Below, piece by piece: positions 1 through 13,191 of a stretch of DNA of 64,000 bases. Position 1 is the stretch's first letter; each line of letters begins with the position of its first letter. The notes below the pieces were generated by a model. The model ran no database searches, was not told where the DNA came from, and saw only the letters and a program-made list of their open reading frames with translations. The stretch is from Lama glama (Eukaryota): positions 13,704,001-13,768,000 of the forward strand of contig CM052816.1 in assembly GCA_028534125.1 (NCBI GenBank). The letters are read 5' to 3'. Position numbers and translations under genes: made by a program.

Positions 1-262
1 CTGGGTCTCAAAACGACAGAAGAGGTCCCTGTGCGCCTCATATTTGGGTCTGGCTTCTGTCAGGTTAGATTCCCTGCCTTCCCAGGCTCTCCTTGGTCTC
101 ACGTCAGTAATGAAGTTAAAGTCATCCAGACCTTAGGAGGCCTTCTGTCCCTTTGATTTCCCTCCGCTGAAGATAAGAATAACTTTGAGTCTCTGTGAAC
201 AGCTCACTTTCCTTTGCTCCCCATTCAGGCCCAACAGCACCATATATCTACTCTGGCAATAG

Positions 263-400
263 TTCATTCATTCACCCTTTACCTCTCCACTGAGCGCCTC
301 CTATGTGCTGGGGACTGATGGCCACAATGAAAATAGCACGCTGTTCACAGTTCTGTGCTCCCCAATCTGCAGCCTAGTGTGGACAGACACTCAACAAAGA
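263..400 (-). mobile_element. L2 3' end
   Basis: ttcattcattcac..ctgagcgcctcctatgtgctggggactg. Confidence 0.7.
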
Positions 401-1936
401 CACAAGCACACACTACAATCCTCTAAACTTCAGTGGAAAGAATGCTGAAAATGCAGATGGCAGCAGGAAAGGAATGACATGAAGAGGACAGAAGCAGACC
501 CTCTCTCCCCATGAGGCAGTGAACCACATGCAAGGCAGAGCAGGAAGCGGCTTGTCAGTCAGGAAGAAATAAAAGACTTCTGAGACAGGCATTAAGAATT
601 CTCATAATACAGTCGTGATGGCTTCACAGGTGTATCCAGATGCCAGAATTTACCAAATTGCACAATCTAACATGTGAGGTTTTCCGTATGCTAATTAAGT
701 CACGTAAAAAAGAAAAGAATTTCCCCCTCCTAACTCCATCGAGCTCTGGAAGGAGGTCAACCAGCAAATCCAAACTATTGCTAGAGTACAATTCCTTTTC
801 TAGCTTTCTAGCCAAAGTGAACCATAAGATGGTTCCAAGGTCAGGGAGGGGGCATCTGCCTATGCAGAATGGACTTTAGAAGTATACATGAGTCAGGCAG
901 ATCTCCTGGCTTCTCTGGACCTCAGGATGATGGAGATCAGGAGAGGAGCCAAGGCTGCTGGAGAGACGTCTGGGAATCATGTCCAGTGGTGACGGCTGAA
1001 GCCAGGAACTTGAGAGATGAGCAACAGAAAGAGCCTGGCCCTCTGGTCTGGGAAGCAAAGGCGGTCAGGAACCCCAGGAGACCCATGGGACAAAGACAGT
1101 GAGCTAGGAAGGGATGCTCAGAAGGAATAATGGAAGCCTGGAGAGCACATGTCAATGAAAGCAAAGGAGAGCCTGGAGAAATAAGAACGCTACGAGTCAT
1201 CGCTGGCTTCATCACCTGGGGGGTCCCGCGGACCTTTGTGACTACAGGCCCAAAGAGAACTGTGGGCAGAAGCTGGATTTCAGGGCTTTGGGTGGTGAAG
1301 GAGTAGAGGCAGTAAACACAGAATACTCTCAAGCAGTCTAGCTATGAAAGCAGCAGCAGCAGCACAGAATGGCACATAATCAGGAAAAGTACAAAGGGAA
1401 GTTCTATTGGGATTGCCCACCCCCCATATTTTAAAGATAGTAAAGACTTCAGCATGTTTGCTGACAAAGAGGAAAACATGCCACTGGGAAAGGAGGAGAG
1501 TCTGATGATGCCCCAGGGGAACCGGGGTGCTCTGGGCACTAAAGTAACAGAGCGAGCATCCAGAGAGGCTGGACTACTACTGCAACCAAGAGGGCGAGGT
1601 TTAAGAGCACCAGCAGGTTTTCCCTGGAGAGGAGGGTGGCTGTTCTCGCCACTGATTGACTGTGTCACTGATTAACCATGTCTTCAACCACAGAGCATGT
1701 GATATTCAGAACCATGTGGCGGGGAATACTTGAAAATGAACACCTTCCAGAGCACCGCTCACCTTTCTGGAAGACAAGCCGACACAAATGTGAGTGGGGA
1801 GGGGAGAGACAAAAGGTGCGGCTGCACCTACTCTGAAGCCGTGTGGTTTTTTTGGTTGTTGCTGTTGTTGTTCTGTACGGGAACCAGACTTGCTGAAGGG
1901 TGAGGAAACTAGAGAGAGGAGAGAGCCCACACCTAC

Positions 1937-2046
1937 CTCACCATGAAAACCTGCTTGAATTGCCTCAGCAAAGATGAAAGCTCCTGCCTTCTTAAAGGTT
2001 TCGATCTTTTGTAACACTCTTCAAAACTGGAGACCTTCATTCCCAT
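1937..2046 (-). CDS. Candidate alternative first coding exon (MGMKVSSFEECYKRSKPLRRQELSSLLRQFKQVFMV..) of an unidentified host gene
   Basis: In-frame TAA two codons upstream; strong Kozak (aggATGG); 36 open codons; overlapping donors ATG/gtgagg and GAG/gtaggt; repeat-free context. Confidence 0.4.
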
Positions 2047-2549
2047 CCTTTACCCCGTTTTCAAATGCTGTTTGTGGCTCAGAGAAGACGGTGATAAATC
2101 ATTTTTTGTAGATCCAGCTGGAGTTGGGGGTGGAATCGGCAAGGGACCGATAAATGGCACGGCGAGGACGATTAGTAAAGGATGAGCCTGGATCATTACC
2201 TCCAGTTTAAAACCAATTTAGTGCAAAGATAACTAATTGCTCCTGGGACCTATAACACACCAATATTTATCTTCTGACAGTTGTTTCTTAATAACACCAA
2301 GAAACCAAACAGGAGGGAAGGAAGGCCTGCTGGCCCATGGATCAGAAATACGTTGGTTAAGTCCCGCAAGTCATGGCTAGACCACAGACAGTGACGGGGC
2401 AGATCCCTGTCTTGGAGCCTGCTCTAGGAAAACCCAAGGTGAAAACCTCACAAAGGACCAGATGTCAGGGCAAAGATGCTCAAAACTAAAGTCATTCTTT
2501 GCTTAGCAAAGGACTCATTGTAGGCAGGATTCTTTCACAAGGGACTCAC

Positions 2550-2608
2550 CTTGGCAGCATCCACACCATCTACACAACAGAGATTTGAACATGACCTTTG
2601 TCCAACAC
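2550..2608 (-). other. Candidate 59-nt exon
   Basis: Consensus donor AAG/gtgagt at 2544-2549 and a modest acceptor (ctttatgtcatgtag). No recognisable peptide. Confidence 0.2.
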
Positions 2609-3524
2609 CTACATGACATAAAGGGAGGAGCATCTGCCTTGGCTGATGAGCTAAGTCTTGAGAACCACCTATGGTGAGAACTTGACCATGGAAAAGAAGG
2701 AAAAACAGGAAGAGAGTAAAGAAGGGAAACATGATTGGGAAAACCACAGGACCACCCATGATATTTACTTCAAACAAGTAAACCTTGGCTCAAGGTTCTA
2801 TGGTCTCAAATTTAAATGACCCTGGGGAGACAGGTGACCACCCAGTGCTACAATCTCCTATTACCATCAAAATGCTGACCAACAGCTTAGGGAGTATCTA
2901 TGTACAGTCCAGGTAAAACAAAAACTAGTGTCCAGAGTGACTTACAGTTTAGGTACGGTGGCTGAGAGAGCTGGCGTTTTACAGCAGGAAAAAACAATCC
3001 CAGGTCGCACCGTGGGCAGAAATCAACTTCTCCAATTGAGTTTCAAAATTCCTGTCTCCCAAGTCACTCCTCTGTACTAACTGAAGCTTTACCCTCTCCA
3101 GATGCTGCCATTCAGCTGGACTGAACAACTCTGTACAGAGCCTCTCCCAGGTGCAGGCACTATTCTAGGTCAGAACGAACCCAGCCCAGGCCCCACCCTC
3201 CTAGGGCTGACACAGCCCTGCTTCTGCTCTGAATCAGAGGGTTCCCAGGGTTCCCGAGCACCTGCCCTTGCTGGTCCCTCCACCAGCAATGTGTAGCTTC
3301 CCCGTCTCCCATTGTCCAGATGGACCAATCCTTCCAGTGCATCACCTCCACAACGTCCTACCCGATGCCACGCCAGCCTGCCTGCAGCATCTCCCTCCAA
3401 CCACACAAAGCAAGTCCCACTGCCCTCCCTTGAACCTCTCCGTGGCACTCTGTGCATTTAATGGCAGCTAATACATTACTGTATATTACAATACATATTA
3501 CTATATACTGTATCCTGCTGTGTT

Positions 3525-3920
3525 CAGTGTGACCTGGGCTGGGACAGCCTCCCTAAGGCTTAGTTTCTGCATCTTTAAAACAAGGAGATAAGAATACCTA
3601 ATATAATAAAAGAAGAAATAGCCACCTTTTACTGAGTTCTTACAGTGAACCAGAGAAATACTGTGAAATTTACAACCACTGTCTCACTGGATCCTCAAAA
3701 TCCTATGAGGCAGGCACTGTCATCCTTCTTTCACAGACGAGAAAACAGAGGATCAGAAAGGCTGAGTGATTTGCCCAGGCAGCACAGCAGAGGATCTCGT
3801 CCTACACCCAGGCCCTCTCTGAGTCACTAGGCTCTGCTGCCCCTCTTGCCTTCCGTTTCCTACCGACCTCACAGGGCTGTGCTGAGATAATACAGGGAAA
3901 GTCCTTAGCACGCTGGCTGG
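3525..3920. mobile_element. Nested MIRs: a minus MIR (~3615-3830) inside a plus MIR
   Basis: The plus MIR core (cttagtttctgcatctttaaaa..aatacct) resumes at 3865 (acctcacagggctgtgctgagataa) after a minus copy (acagacgagaaaacagagg..agtgatttgcccagg). Confidence 0.7.
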
Positions 3921-4504
3921 GTCTGGGCCTTTCTGTCCCCAGAGAGGTAGCTTCCTTTAAGGGGGAGCTACTGACACATGTGTATGCTTTAATCATACTA
4001 ATGAAAGAAATGAAAAGAACGAAGGGTATCAGCTAAACTACCAAATAAGAGAGGGAAGTGTCCAACAAGTGGCTACTGAGCATCCATATATAGGTCCTCA
4101 CAAGACAGCACAAAATGTAGCCTCTTCTCCCCAGCGTCTTTCCGACACAGCGTTCAGTGTGGATATAAAGGGGACGGCGGGGGAGGTCACTGCGGCGGGG
4201 CAGCAGGAATGACCCAGCGCCTCCCAGGAGCAGCAGCCCCAGCTTTGAGGCCTCCCTCACTAAGTCAAAATCCCCACTGGAGGGAAATCCCATCCAAATC
4301 CTCTTTGTCAGAGCCGAGAAGGTCAACGAGACCAATCCTCAGGAGGACCTGAAATGCCAGCTCACCTGTGCCACACCAAAGGACAGCCTCCTGGGAGCAG
4401 TAAGACGGACCTCCAGGTGGCACACCCCACCCTTCTTGTGCTCTGAGCTGACTCATCCTTGCCTGGCACTCTCACCTCAGCTCCCATCTGAACGCCGGCA
4501 CGAC

Positions 4505-4680
4505 CCTAGCCCATGACCTTGGGCAGGTCACAGCCCCATCCAAGCCTCAGTCTTCCCATCTGGAAAATCCAGATGGTCCCAGAACTACCCTCAGAGTGCT
4601 GATGGGAGGAGCGGACAGATAATCCACGGAGCCACCGCCTGGCACGTACAGAGCATTTGGTGTGTGCCGGCTATAAATGT
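4505..4680 (+). mobile_element. MIR
   Basis: tgaccttgggcaggtcac..gcctcagtcttcccatctggaaaat. Confidence 0.8.
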
Positions 4681-5444
4681 GGGCAGACAAGGGGGACACA
4701 GAGGCACCCCAACATTGCAGTGCACTGCCCTTGCTTCCAGGAGTGGCAGCTTGGCCCTGAGAACTCCAAGCAACCCAGTGCATGGCTCTATATTTAGATT
4801 AGGGGGCCAATTTCAGTGTGGCACATGAATTACACCTCTTTGACAACAAGAACTCAAAATCAAGTTGATATTATGGGGGGAGGCGGGGAAGGCCAGTGAG
4901 TGGGGAGATACAAAGGGGAAAAATGCTAACAGGGAAACGGAAGAAAAGGACAGCACCTAACCAGCTGCCGACAAGCCAAGAGCTGTGCTGGTGGCAAGCC
5001 CAGACTCAGGGGAAAGCAGAAACAGATCCTTGTGGGGACTCAGCGCTCAGCCTATCAAGAAAAGAGACCCGAGGGTCAGTCCTGTCCCTCAAGCCATCAC
5101 AGCAAATATCGGCCAGCCCGGAGCCCAGCCACCAGCATCTGCACATCAACCAGGGCTGACACTCGGCTGATTGAGCTGGTTTTAGTATTCAGAAGCTGGT
5201 ATGTCTCTATACGTAAACAGTAGACACAGAAGTCTCTTCCTTTTCTAAAAATACACATGTGCAGCTCAGCACTACGGAGGCCACGGAGAGCACATAACAA
5301 AGCCGGCATGCGCGGATGTCTAGCCCCCAGGAGGAAGAGCATTTCCTCTGGCAACAGCGAAGGGTGCGAAGCTGCCCTTTACCCTGGAAGATGACTCTGT
5401 CTCAGGAAACAGTACAGCACAGAGGCGCTCCATCACCAGGACAG

Positions 5445-5625
5445 AGCAGACCCGACTCCCACCTCTGCCGCGTGCCCTTCTCAGTTAACGCCTCTCAGCC
5501 TGTCTCCTCATCTGTAAAGCGGGAGTGAGAGCAGCATCCACCTGGTAGGGTTCTTGTTCGGGCTGGAAATCAGGACTGCGAAGCACCTAGGGACAGTTCC
5601 TGGCACAGAGCAGGCCGTCAATACC
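5445..5625 (+). mobile_element. MIR
   Basis: ttaacgcctctcagcctgtctcctcatctgtaaag..ctggcacagagcagg. Confidence 0.75.
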
Positions 5626-6150
5626 CAGGATCCCAGAGTCTCCTCCCTCTTCAACCCTCTCTCATCCCTGAAATAATCCAGCCAGGAAGACAAGGACCAA
5701 CTTTCCCTGCTCCCCAGGCAGCTCACTCCTGAAGGACATTCCTGCCGTGTGTCCCGGGCAGCACCGCCAGGGCCGTGACAGCAGGAGGCTGCTTGTGAGC
5801 ACGTGGGGCAGAGGAGGAAAAGAAAGTCTACCCACAGTCTTCAGGGAGGGCTCCTCTGCACGTCGGCCTCAGCGAAGGTCCAGGGCTCAGAGGGAAGGTA
5901 GGGAAAGGTCCCTCGGAGAGGGGGTTTCCTTCTGGAGTTCACAGACAAGGAGCTTTAGAAGGTCCTGAGCCCTCTGAAACCGAATATGATTTGGGGTGAA
6001 CATGCACTTTCTTGGGAAGGGAATCCAGAGCACCTGCCAGACTCTCCACAAAGTCTGTGACACTCCCCTCAGAAAGAAAGAGCTTTAAAACCACCAACTC
6101 ATTAAGGGAAAACAAGAATGTCTGAGAAAGAATAACATAAATGATCTCTA

Positions 6151-6289
6151 TTTTTTTTTAATTTTGGTGGGGTTTTTTTTGAGGTGGGGAGTAATTAGGT
6201 TTTATTTTCTTTAATGGAAGTACTGGGGATTGAACCCAGGACCTCACAAATGCTAGGCATGTGCTATACCACTGAGCTGTACCCTCCCC
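6151..6289 (-). mobile_element. tRNA-derived SINE, camelid Vic-1-like
   Basis: Reverse complement begins ggggagggtacagctcagtggtatagcac...ggttcaatccccagtac (pol III A/B boxes), with an A-rich tail; TSD core gatctcta (6143-6150, 6295-6302). Confidence 0.85.
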
Positions 6290-7479
6290 ACTGCGATCTC
6301 TAATTCTTAGCTCACATGTAATGATACTCACCAGGTACTTTACCATGTGTTATGTCACTTGGTTCCCACGACAGAGGAAGGGGACAGTTACTATCCCTAG
6401 GTAAGGGAAGTGAGGCTCAGAGGAGGACATCCCTTCCCAAGGCCCCTGGATTAACAAACAGCAGAGCCAGGAGAGTGTGTGAGGCCAAAGCTCAGGAGCC
6501 TAGTCACCACATCACAGTGTCACTTTCTCCAGGCCAAGCCCCAGATCTTCTAAACTAAAAGGAAGGGTGGGAGGAAGGGCGGAAGGGAAGGGGGGTTAGA
6601 ATCTGACTTACAGTTCAACACTCTTTCCACTACACCCATCCTGCCTATGTCTTCACACACTGATACTGAGAAATTTTCTACACACCAGGAAAGAAAACAA
6701 GAGGTCGTAAGAAGTAGACAGAAAGCTGGGCGTGTTCTATCAGTACCAAAAGCCCCAATTTCCTTACTGGAAAAAGGAGGGTTATAAATGACTACTCCAT
6801 GCACATTTGGCATGTAGTAAGCATTCATGAATGGTAGGCATCGTTGTAATTATTAAAATTTGGTGAAACTGCACATCCCAAGGATGAAAGGTGCCCTCTG
6901 TACGTCAATGAACCCCACACTGTGTGCTTCAATGAGCCATCTCCCTGCTTCCCAGAACTCACTCAAACGCTGGTGAGAAGGGCCTCACTTTGGCTCCCAG
7001 GAGTGATCACACTCTCCCCTCCAGCTGCCTGCTGGGGAAGCCAGCAGTGGCAGCCAGCAAGACTTGGGAGCAAGCCTGGGTCCCAGAGCCAACTCTCCGA
7101 CATCATCTGAGGTGCAGAAAGGTCCTGGAATCCTCTAGGGTGATTACAGAGGTAGGGAATATTCACAGCAAGCTTCTCCAGATGCAGAGAAGAAAACGAG
7201 AAAATAAGTGTAACAAGTTATCAAAGGTGGGGCAGGTCCACCTCTGAGGAGGATATGCCAACTGATGAAAAGGCCAGGATTTTGGCGGAGAAGGTTTGGG
7301 AGAAAAAGTTTTGGGAGAACAAAAGTTTAGGAGATCTTTGACGCAAAACTCCTACATCTCCACCTGAAACGCATCTAATGCATGCGATTCTTCAAGGAAT
7401 GTAATTGTCATGAGTTGAACCCACTCCTCATATTCTATCTCGAGCACCATCAACGAAGTCTCCACACATAAGACAACTA

Positions 7480-7690
7480 CTAACAATAACAGCTGCCATT
7501 TAGTTATTAGATAGTCATTCTATGTGCTAAGTCCTTTACATATACTATCTCATCTAATCCTCAAAACGAAATTTTGAGGGAATTGCCATTCCCACTGTAC
7601 AGGTGGGAAATCAGCCTTGGAAAGGTGAATAGCCTGTCCAAGATCACAGGGCTGGTAGGTGACAAAGACAGATTTCTAATTCGCCTGCTC
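7480..7690 (-). mobile_element. MIR
   Basis: tgtgctaagtcctttaca..atctcatctaatcctcaaaac..cctgtccaagatcacag. Confidence 0.8.
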
Positions 7691-10219
7691 TTACTACTAT
7701 GTGTTTTCAGACAAAATATTGGGTTCCACCCATGGGGTCTCTAGACGTCTTTTTCTCCTAGTCCTTCCAGAGACTGAGGAACTAACTTATTCCACTCTAT
7801 CCTAAACCAAAATACTTTTTACGCCAAGATAAATTCCTCGAAGCTGAGTATCAGCTATGCTCAGAAGCACACAAGACAGGGGCTTAAATGACACAAAGTA
7901 TGTGTGAGGTGAGGAGAGTAACAGGTAAGGGAAAGGGAAATGCAACCACGAACCTTCTGTCCCACAGACCAACATACCCAGAACATTCCACACCCCTCTC
8001 TTCTCAAGAACAATTTTGAGAAAATATATCTTCTCCAAATGCAACAAAATTCCGGAAAAGTTGGTGGACTCTCTCTAGAATAAGGGAAGGTGACTGAAGA
8101 CACAGGCAGAGGAAATACTGCTTGAAAAGAAGAGCCAACACATAACGCCCTCCAAGTGTTCTCCATTAGATTTCCCAGAGCGAGTCATGACTTTGGAACC
8201 AACCCACTAACACAAATCAAACTAATAGGAACCAAATGTTCCCATTTAAAGGCCCTTTTCCCCCTTGAAGAGTTCTACAACGTTCTACCAGGGGAAGTGC
8301 ACTCTCACACACCAGGTCACCTCGCCCCAGTAATTACCTGAGGCCTGAGGTTTGCATGGCTCTGACCAAGCCAGCAAAAGTCTATGAACCCCAAAACCGA
8401 AAGCAGAGGTCACAAGAGAGGTGGGAAGAGGTAGACACGATGAACGTGGGAAATTCTGCAACAGGACCTCCCTCTGGAAATGAAACTCTCTCTCTCTTTC
8501 TCTCTGGATTTTTGTTCCTAGAAGTCATCCCTCAAAAAGATTCACACCCTCTTCAGTTGGCCATCTCCTTTGCTGCAGCCAGAGGGATCTGTCACTTAGC
8601 AACTACTCTCCAACAAAAAAACTAGGAAACCAAAAGTAGGAAGCCAAGATGAAGTCAGGCTTTGGACAACTCTTGCTCCCTAGCACTCATGCGACAAGCT
8701 TCAAGCAGAGCCAAGAAACCCACAGTTTCCATCAGACCTGGGCTCCGAGTGAGAGAAGTTCTGCAGAGGTGCCCTCACTCGGTGTCACTGAAGAGTCACC
8801 CTGGACCACTCAGGCCAGGACAAAGGGTTCTTATTTAACTTCAAGGACTCAATACACTGCAGGAACCACAGCATCCTCCAGCTCTCATCCAATCTGTCCT
8901 CAATTACAGAATAAGCACGACACCAGTGACGTCCTGGATTTGGCCCAATACATCTTCAAGCCTAGACAGCTGGCTTAGCACCACAACAACTGACACCACT
9001 GACCACCTCCTCAGAGCCTGTCTTTGACACCTCACCTAAAGTCAGATCCTCTCTGTCAATCAGAAGTTGTCTCTTTCCTGGATATTTTTATCACTTACAC
9101 TTACTTTGCCTGGTTGCTTTCTTTTTTGTTTGCCTCCAAGAACATAGGGACCCTGATGACTCTTTTATCCTCAGTCTCCAGAGAAGGACACAGAGGAGGC
9201 ACACAACTAATATTTATTGTATGGTTGGGGTAAGACGGGGAGAGGAAAATCACACATGGTTCCTTGAAGATCCTTACGTGGTAAGAGACATAACCTCATA
9301 TTACTAACTTCCCTCAATACCCTGTTACAGATCCAGTTTTCAGAAATTTATCAAAGCTATTCTTACGACTTTTCACACTTTCAGTCTCAGGGAAAATAAA
9401 TGAATTACATGTGTTTAGTATCTACCGTGTGAAAGTAACATTTCTTTTTACGTTCCTCAAATTACCTCTATTGAACCTTTTTTTGGAGGGGGAACGGAAG
9501 GAAAGCAAAACTGGCAAGACAGACATTAAATGGCTGGCTAATCCAACCATTATTCCAGGACCTTGTGAACAAGTCCATGCTCACCCTAGCCATTCCTTGA
9601 CGATTTTCTCTCAGCTAACGAACGTTGTACGTATTCGGGGAGCCCGAGAAGAGAGCTACGTGAAACTCTGCAGGTACCTTTTCTGATGACTCCACTGGCC
9701 AACTCACTAGGCTCCAGTAACGTCAGTGCAACTACTGCCCACCCCAGGCTCTCCCATCTGTTCACCTAGGAACCTTATAACTCTCTGGAATTTCTATCCA
9801 TTCACTTGTCTATTGTCTGCCTTTTCCACAGGAGTCTAAATTTCATAAGACTACAACCTTGTCCGTCTTGTTCACAAGGAACGTTTTAGGCCCCATTAAA
9901 CAATTGTCAAAAGAACTATGTGCTTTGTGAGGTTGCCTAGGCTTCTGAACAAAGACTAAGGTTTGTTCCCTCCTCAAAGACAGAAATACTCTACGAATTA
10001 TTCCTCCATCATGAGGTAAGGCTTTGCCGGCCACTCCCCATCATGTATATTCACATGGCTCTGAGTAAACTCGGTTCGGGTTCCACCCAAAGACTGCTTG
10101 AGCTAAGCCTCTTTAAAATCTGCAAATTTATAAAACACACTAACCATGATGATAAAGGAACTCAGTCAACTACTCAGATCCTGAATGAGCCTATTAAGCA
10201 AGAGCAGAGTCAACACATA

Positions 10220-10770
10220 TGTGGCAGATTGTGTTTTCCAAAGATGGCCACACCAACACAGCCCATCCCACATGCTATCCTTACAATGAATGAGACACAG
10301 ATGCTCCTCTATGAAGCGGTGGGGCCTGTGTCCCCCCTCCCCCAAGCCCTGAGCCAAGGGGGCCACTGCAAGGCCTCAACCAACAGAACATGGCGGGAGT
10401 GACCCTGCACGACTTCAGAGGCTACATCATGAGCCAAGAAGGCATGTGCCTGGTGTGCACTCCCCTCCTGCCCTTGACACATGGCTTTGGAGCCACGTTA
10501 TGGAGGTGAAGCCACCATGCTGGAGAGACCATATGGAGAGATCATATAAAGAGATGGAACAGCCCAGAAGCCAGACATGTGAATGGGCCAAGGAGTCAGA
10601 AGATTCCAGCCCCAGCCCTCCAGTCACCCTGGCCGATGCTGGGTAAAGCCAAGACAAACTATCCTTGATGAGCCCTGGCCACACCGCAGATCCGTGAGTA
10701 AAATAAACCCTGTTGTTTTAAAACCACCGAATCTGAGGTAGTTTGTCTTTCCGTCACAGTAGCTGGAACA
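10220..10770 (+). mobile_element. MaLR solo LTR, MLT1G/F-like
   Basis: TG...CA ends, tgtggcagattgtgttttccaaagatggcc start, AATAAA near the 3' end, exact 5-bp TSD acata (10215-10219, 10771-10775). Confidence 0.9.
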
Positions 10771-11319
10771 ACATACAAAATCAGGAATAATTCCTCGTTT
10801 GTCGTTCTCACCGCCACTGTCTTATGGAGAATGGGGGTGGGGGTAACTTTAGTCCACGTGCAGCTGGGGGGCTTAGTACATAAAACCCCAAAATTTCTGG
10901 GCTGAGGAATGTCATGAAATAAGGAGAAAAAAAATACAAAACTGCACAGCACACAAAGCTTCTGCAAGTTCTGAGGTCCTTGAACTCTCCGGACTTTAAG
11001 AAGCTGGCTGTGGGTTTTTGGGGCAGCTGAGACTTCCCCCTTCGCCATCCATTTCACTTGCACGAACAGAGACTGAAAAATGAGAACAGTTTCCTTTTCA
11101 ACAAGTCTGTTGCCTGATTTGTTCACTCTCAGGAAAGAAAGCCTCACTCCAGAACGTTTTAGATTGCTCACCTGTGTGAGATCTCTCTTAAATCTGTTTT
11201 GGCAGGCTTGAATCAACCAAATGTGGAGGGATATTCTTTTAAGGAGGAAAAAAAATTCTTTAAATGTCAATATTTATTGAGAACATTTCACAGGCATGTG
11301 TCCACTATCCCACATGGAT

Positions 11320-11490
11320 GTCAGCATCAGATACACGAGTTCAAATACCAGTTCTACCACCTCCTAGCTGCGTGGCCTTAGGCAAGTTATTTGACTTCTC
11401 TGTACATCAGCTAACTGCACCTCTAATGGAGACAATAATAAGCCTCGAAGGGGTGCTGTAAGAATCACATGAGGTTAGTGTAGCTAACAC
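11320..11490 (+). mobile_element. MIR
   Basis: gagttcaaataccagttctaccacctcctagctgcgtggccttaggcaagttatttgacttctctgt. Confidence 0.85.
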
Positions 11491-11699
11491 TTCTAAAATG
11501 CTTACTACACGCCAGACACTATTCTAAGTGCCTGAAGGTGCTCAGACCATACCCGGGCCACACTGGGTACTCCAAAAGCATCATTATTACTAATTAGATG
11601 ACTGAGGCCCTAATGTTTCAGGATAACTCTGTATATATCAACTCTTATTATAGCACAAGAGCGATGAGGCTCAAATTTATAGTCAGCTCATCTAACTGT

Positions 11700-11870
11700 A
11701 AACTCATAAAGTGTATAAGAATCATCAGAGGTGTCTGTTAAAACAAAGATTCCCTGCTACACCTCCAGAGATTTTTCACTTAATAGTCCAGGGTGGAGTC
11801 CAGAAAGTTGTTTTGTTATCACCCCCGCCTTCCCCAGGTGATTCCAACAAACCCTGCCCTAGAGATGCTG
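11700..11870. mobile_element. MER5-like hAT fragment
   Basis: agaatcatcagagg..gttaaaacaaagattccc..ccccaggtgattcc. Confidence 0.7.
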
Positions 11871-12048
11871 GTGTAAATATCTGGCCTGGGTCAGTCATGA
11901 TGCCATAGAAAGATCATAAGCTCAGAGGTAGCAGTTCTGGCTTCCAGTCTCAGCGTTGTGCCTAACTAGTTCTACAGCTGTGACATAATCCCTTAACTTC
12001 TCCAGGTCTCAGTAAAATGATGGCTTCAGACAAGATAATCCCAAAGGT

Positions 12049-12548
12049 NNNNNNNNNNNNNNNNNNNNNNNNNNNNNNNNNNNNNNNNNNNNNNNNNNNN
12101 NNNNNNNNNNNNNNNNNNNNNNNNNNNNNNNNNNNNNNNNNNNNNNNNNNNNNNNNNNNNNNNNNNNNNNNNNNNNNNNNNNNNNNNNNNNNNNNNNNNN
12201 NNNNNNNNNNNNNNNNNNNNNNNNNNNNNNNNNNNNNNNNNNNNNNNNNNNNNNNNNNNNNNNNNNNNNNNNNNNNNNNNNNNNNNNNNNNNNNNNNNNN
12301 NNNNNNNNNNNNNNNNNNNNNNNNNNNNNNNNNNNNNNNNNNNNNNNNNNNNNNNNNNNNNNNNNNNNNNNNNNNNNNNNNNNNNNNNNNNNNNNNNNNN
12401 NNNNNNNNNNNNNNNNNNNNNNNNNNNNNNNNNNNNNNNNNNNNNNNNNNNNNNNNNNNNNNNNNNNNNNNNNNNNNNNNNNNNNNNNNNNNNNNNNNNN
12501 NNNNNNNNNNNNNNNNNNNNNNNNNNNNNNNNNNNNNNNNNNNNNNNN
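12049..12548. other. Assembly gap (500 N)
   Basis: Run of exactly 500 N. Confidence 1.
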
Positions 12549-13191
12549 GATTACTAGACCCAAGTCCCTCAGACCCCATTGTTTTCTGCATCTGTAGCAA
12601 ATAAACTAAGAGCTCTCGTTTACTAAGCCCCCACTATGTGCAAGACCACGGTCCAGGATACTTTATGCACTGAATTATTCCTAATGTTCACAACCAACCG
12701 TGGGAAATTCAGTAACTGCCCAAGGTGTCACAGCCAGTAAGTGGCGGAGCCTTGACTCTATTCCAGGTTTACCTGAGCCGACACCTGTGCTCTTATACCG
12801 CTATGCCTTCGACTGTCTCACTACAAAATTCACTTCCTTTGCATTTCTTTCTTTTGTTGTTGTTGTTCAGTTGAGAATCAGAGGTAATGAAGCCCCTCAG
12901 CTGTGCCAAGAACCAAAGGACAAGAACAGGGCAAAGGGGGCGATAAGTGACCCAGCTGGGGACCACAGCTGCAAAAGTGGGTCTTCTTATCATTCCAAAA
13001 AGGAAGCTCAAATGAAGCTTAAAGAACAAGATACTACGTCAGAATGATGTCTTCAGGAGGAGCACCTGCAGGAGAGGTGGGAGATGAGGAAAGCAGAGAA
13101 GTGAACACAAAGCACTGAGTCTGGTGAGCAGGAGAGGGTGAAAAAACAGAACTTCACCAAAATCGTTCCTCCCTTTCTTAATCCCTCTCAC

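Noticed and set aside
6215..6289. tRNA-like sequence with A and B boxes
   Set aside because: It is the head of a SINE with tail and TSD, not a tRNA gene.
7268..7333. Three degenerate aagtttgggag repeats
   Set aside because: Short decayed minisatellite with no spacer structure; not CRISPR-like.
10659..11270. 203-aa minus ORF, the longest N-free ORF in the track
   Set aside because: No recognisable domain or codon pattern; its end runs into the MLT1 LTR; compatible with chance.
11962..12604. Long ORFs spanning N runs (also 43945-44589)
   Set aside because: Artefacts of translating gaps.
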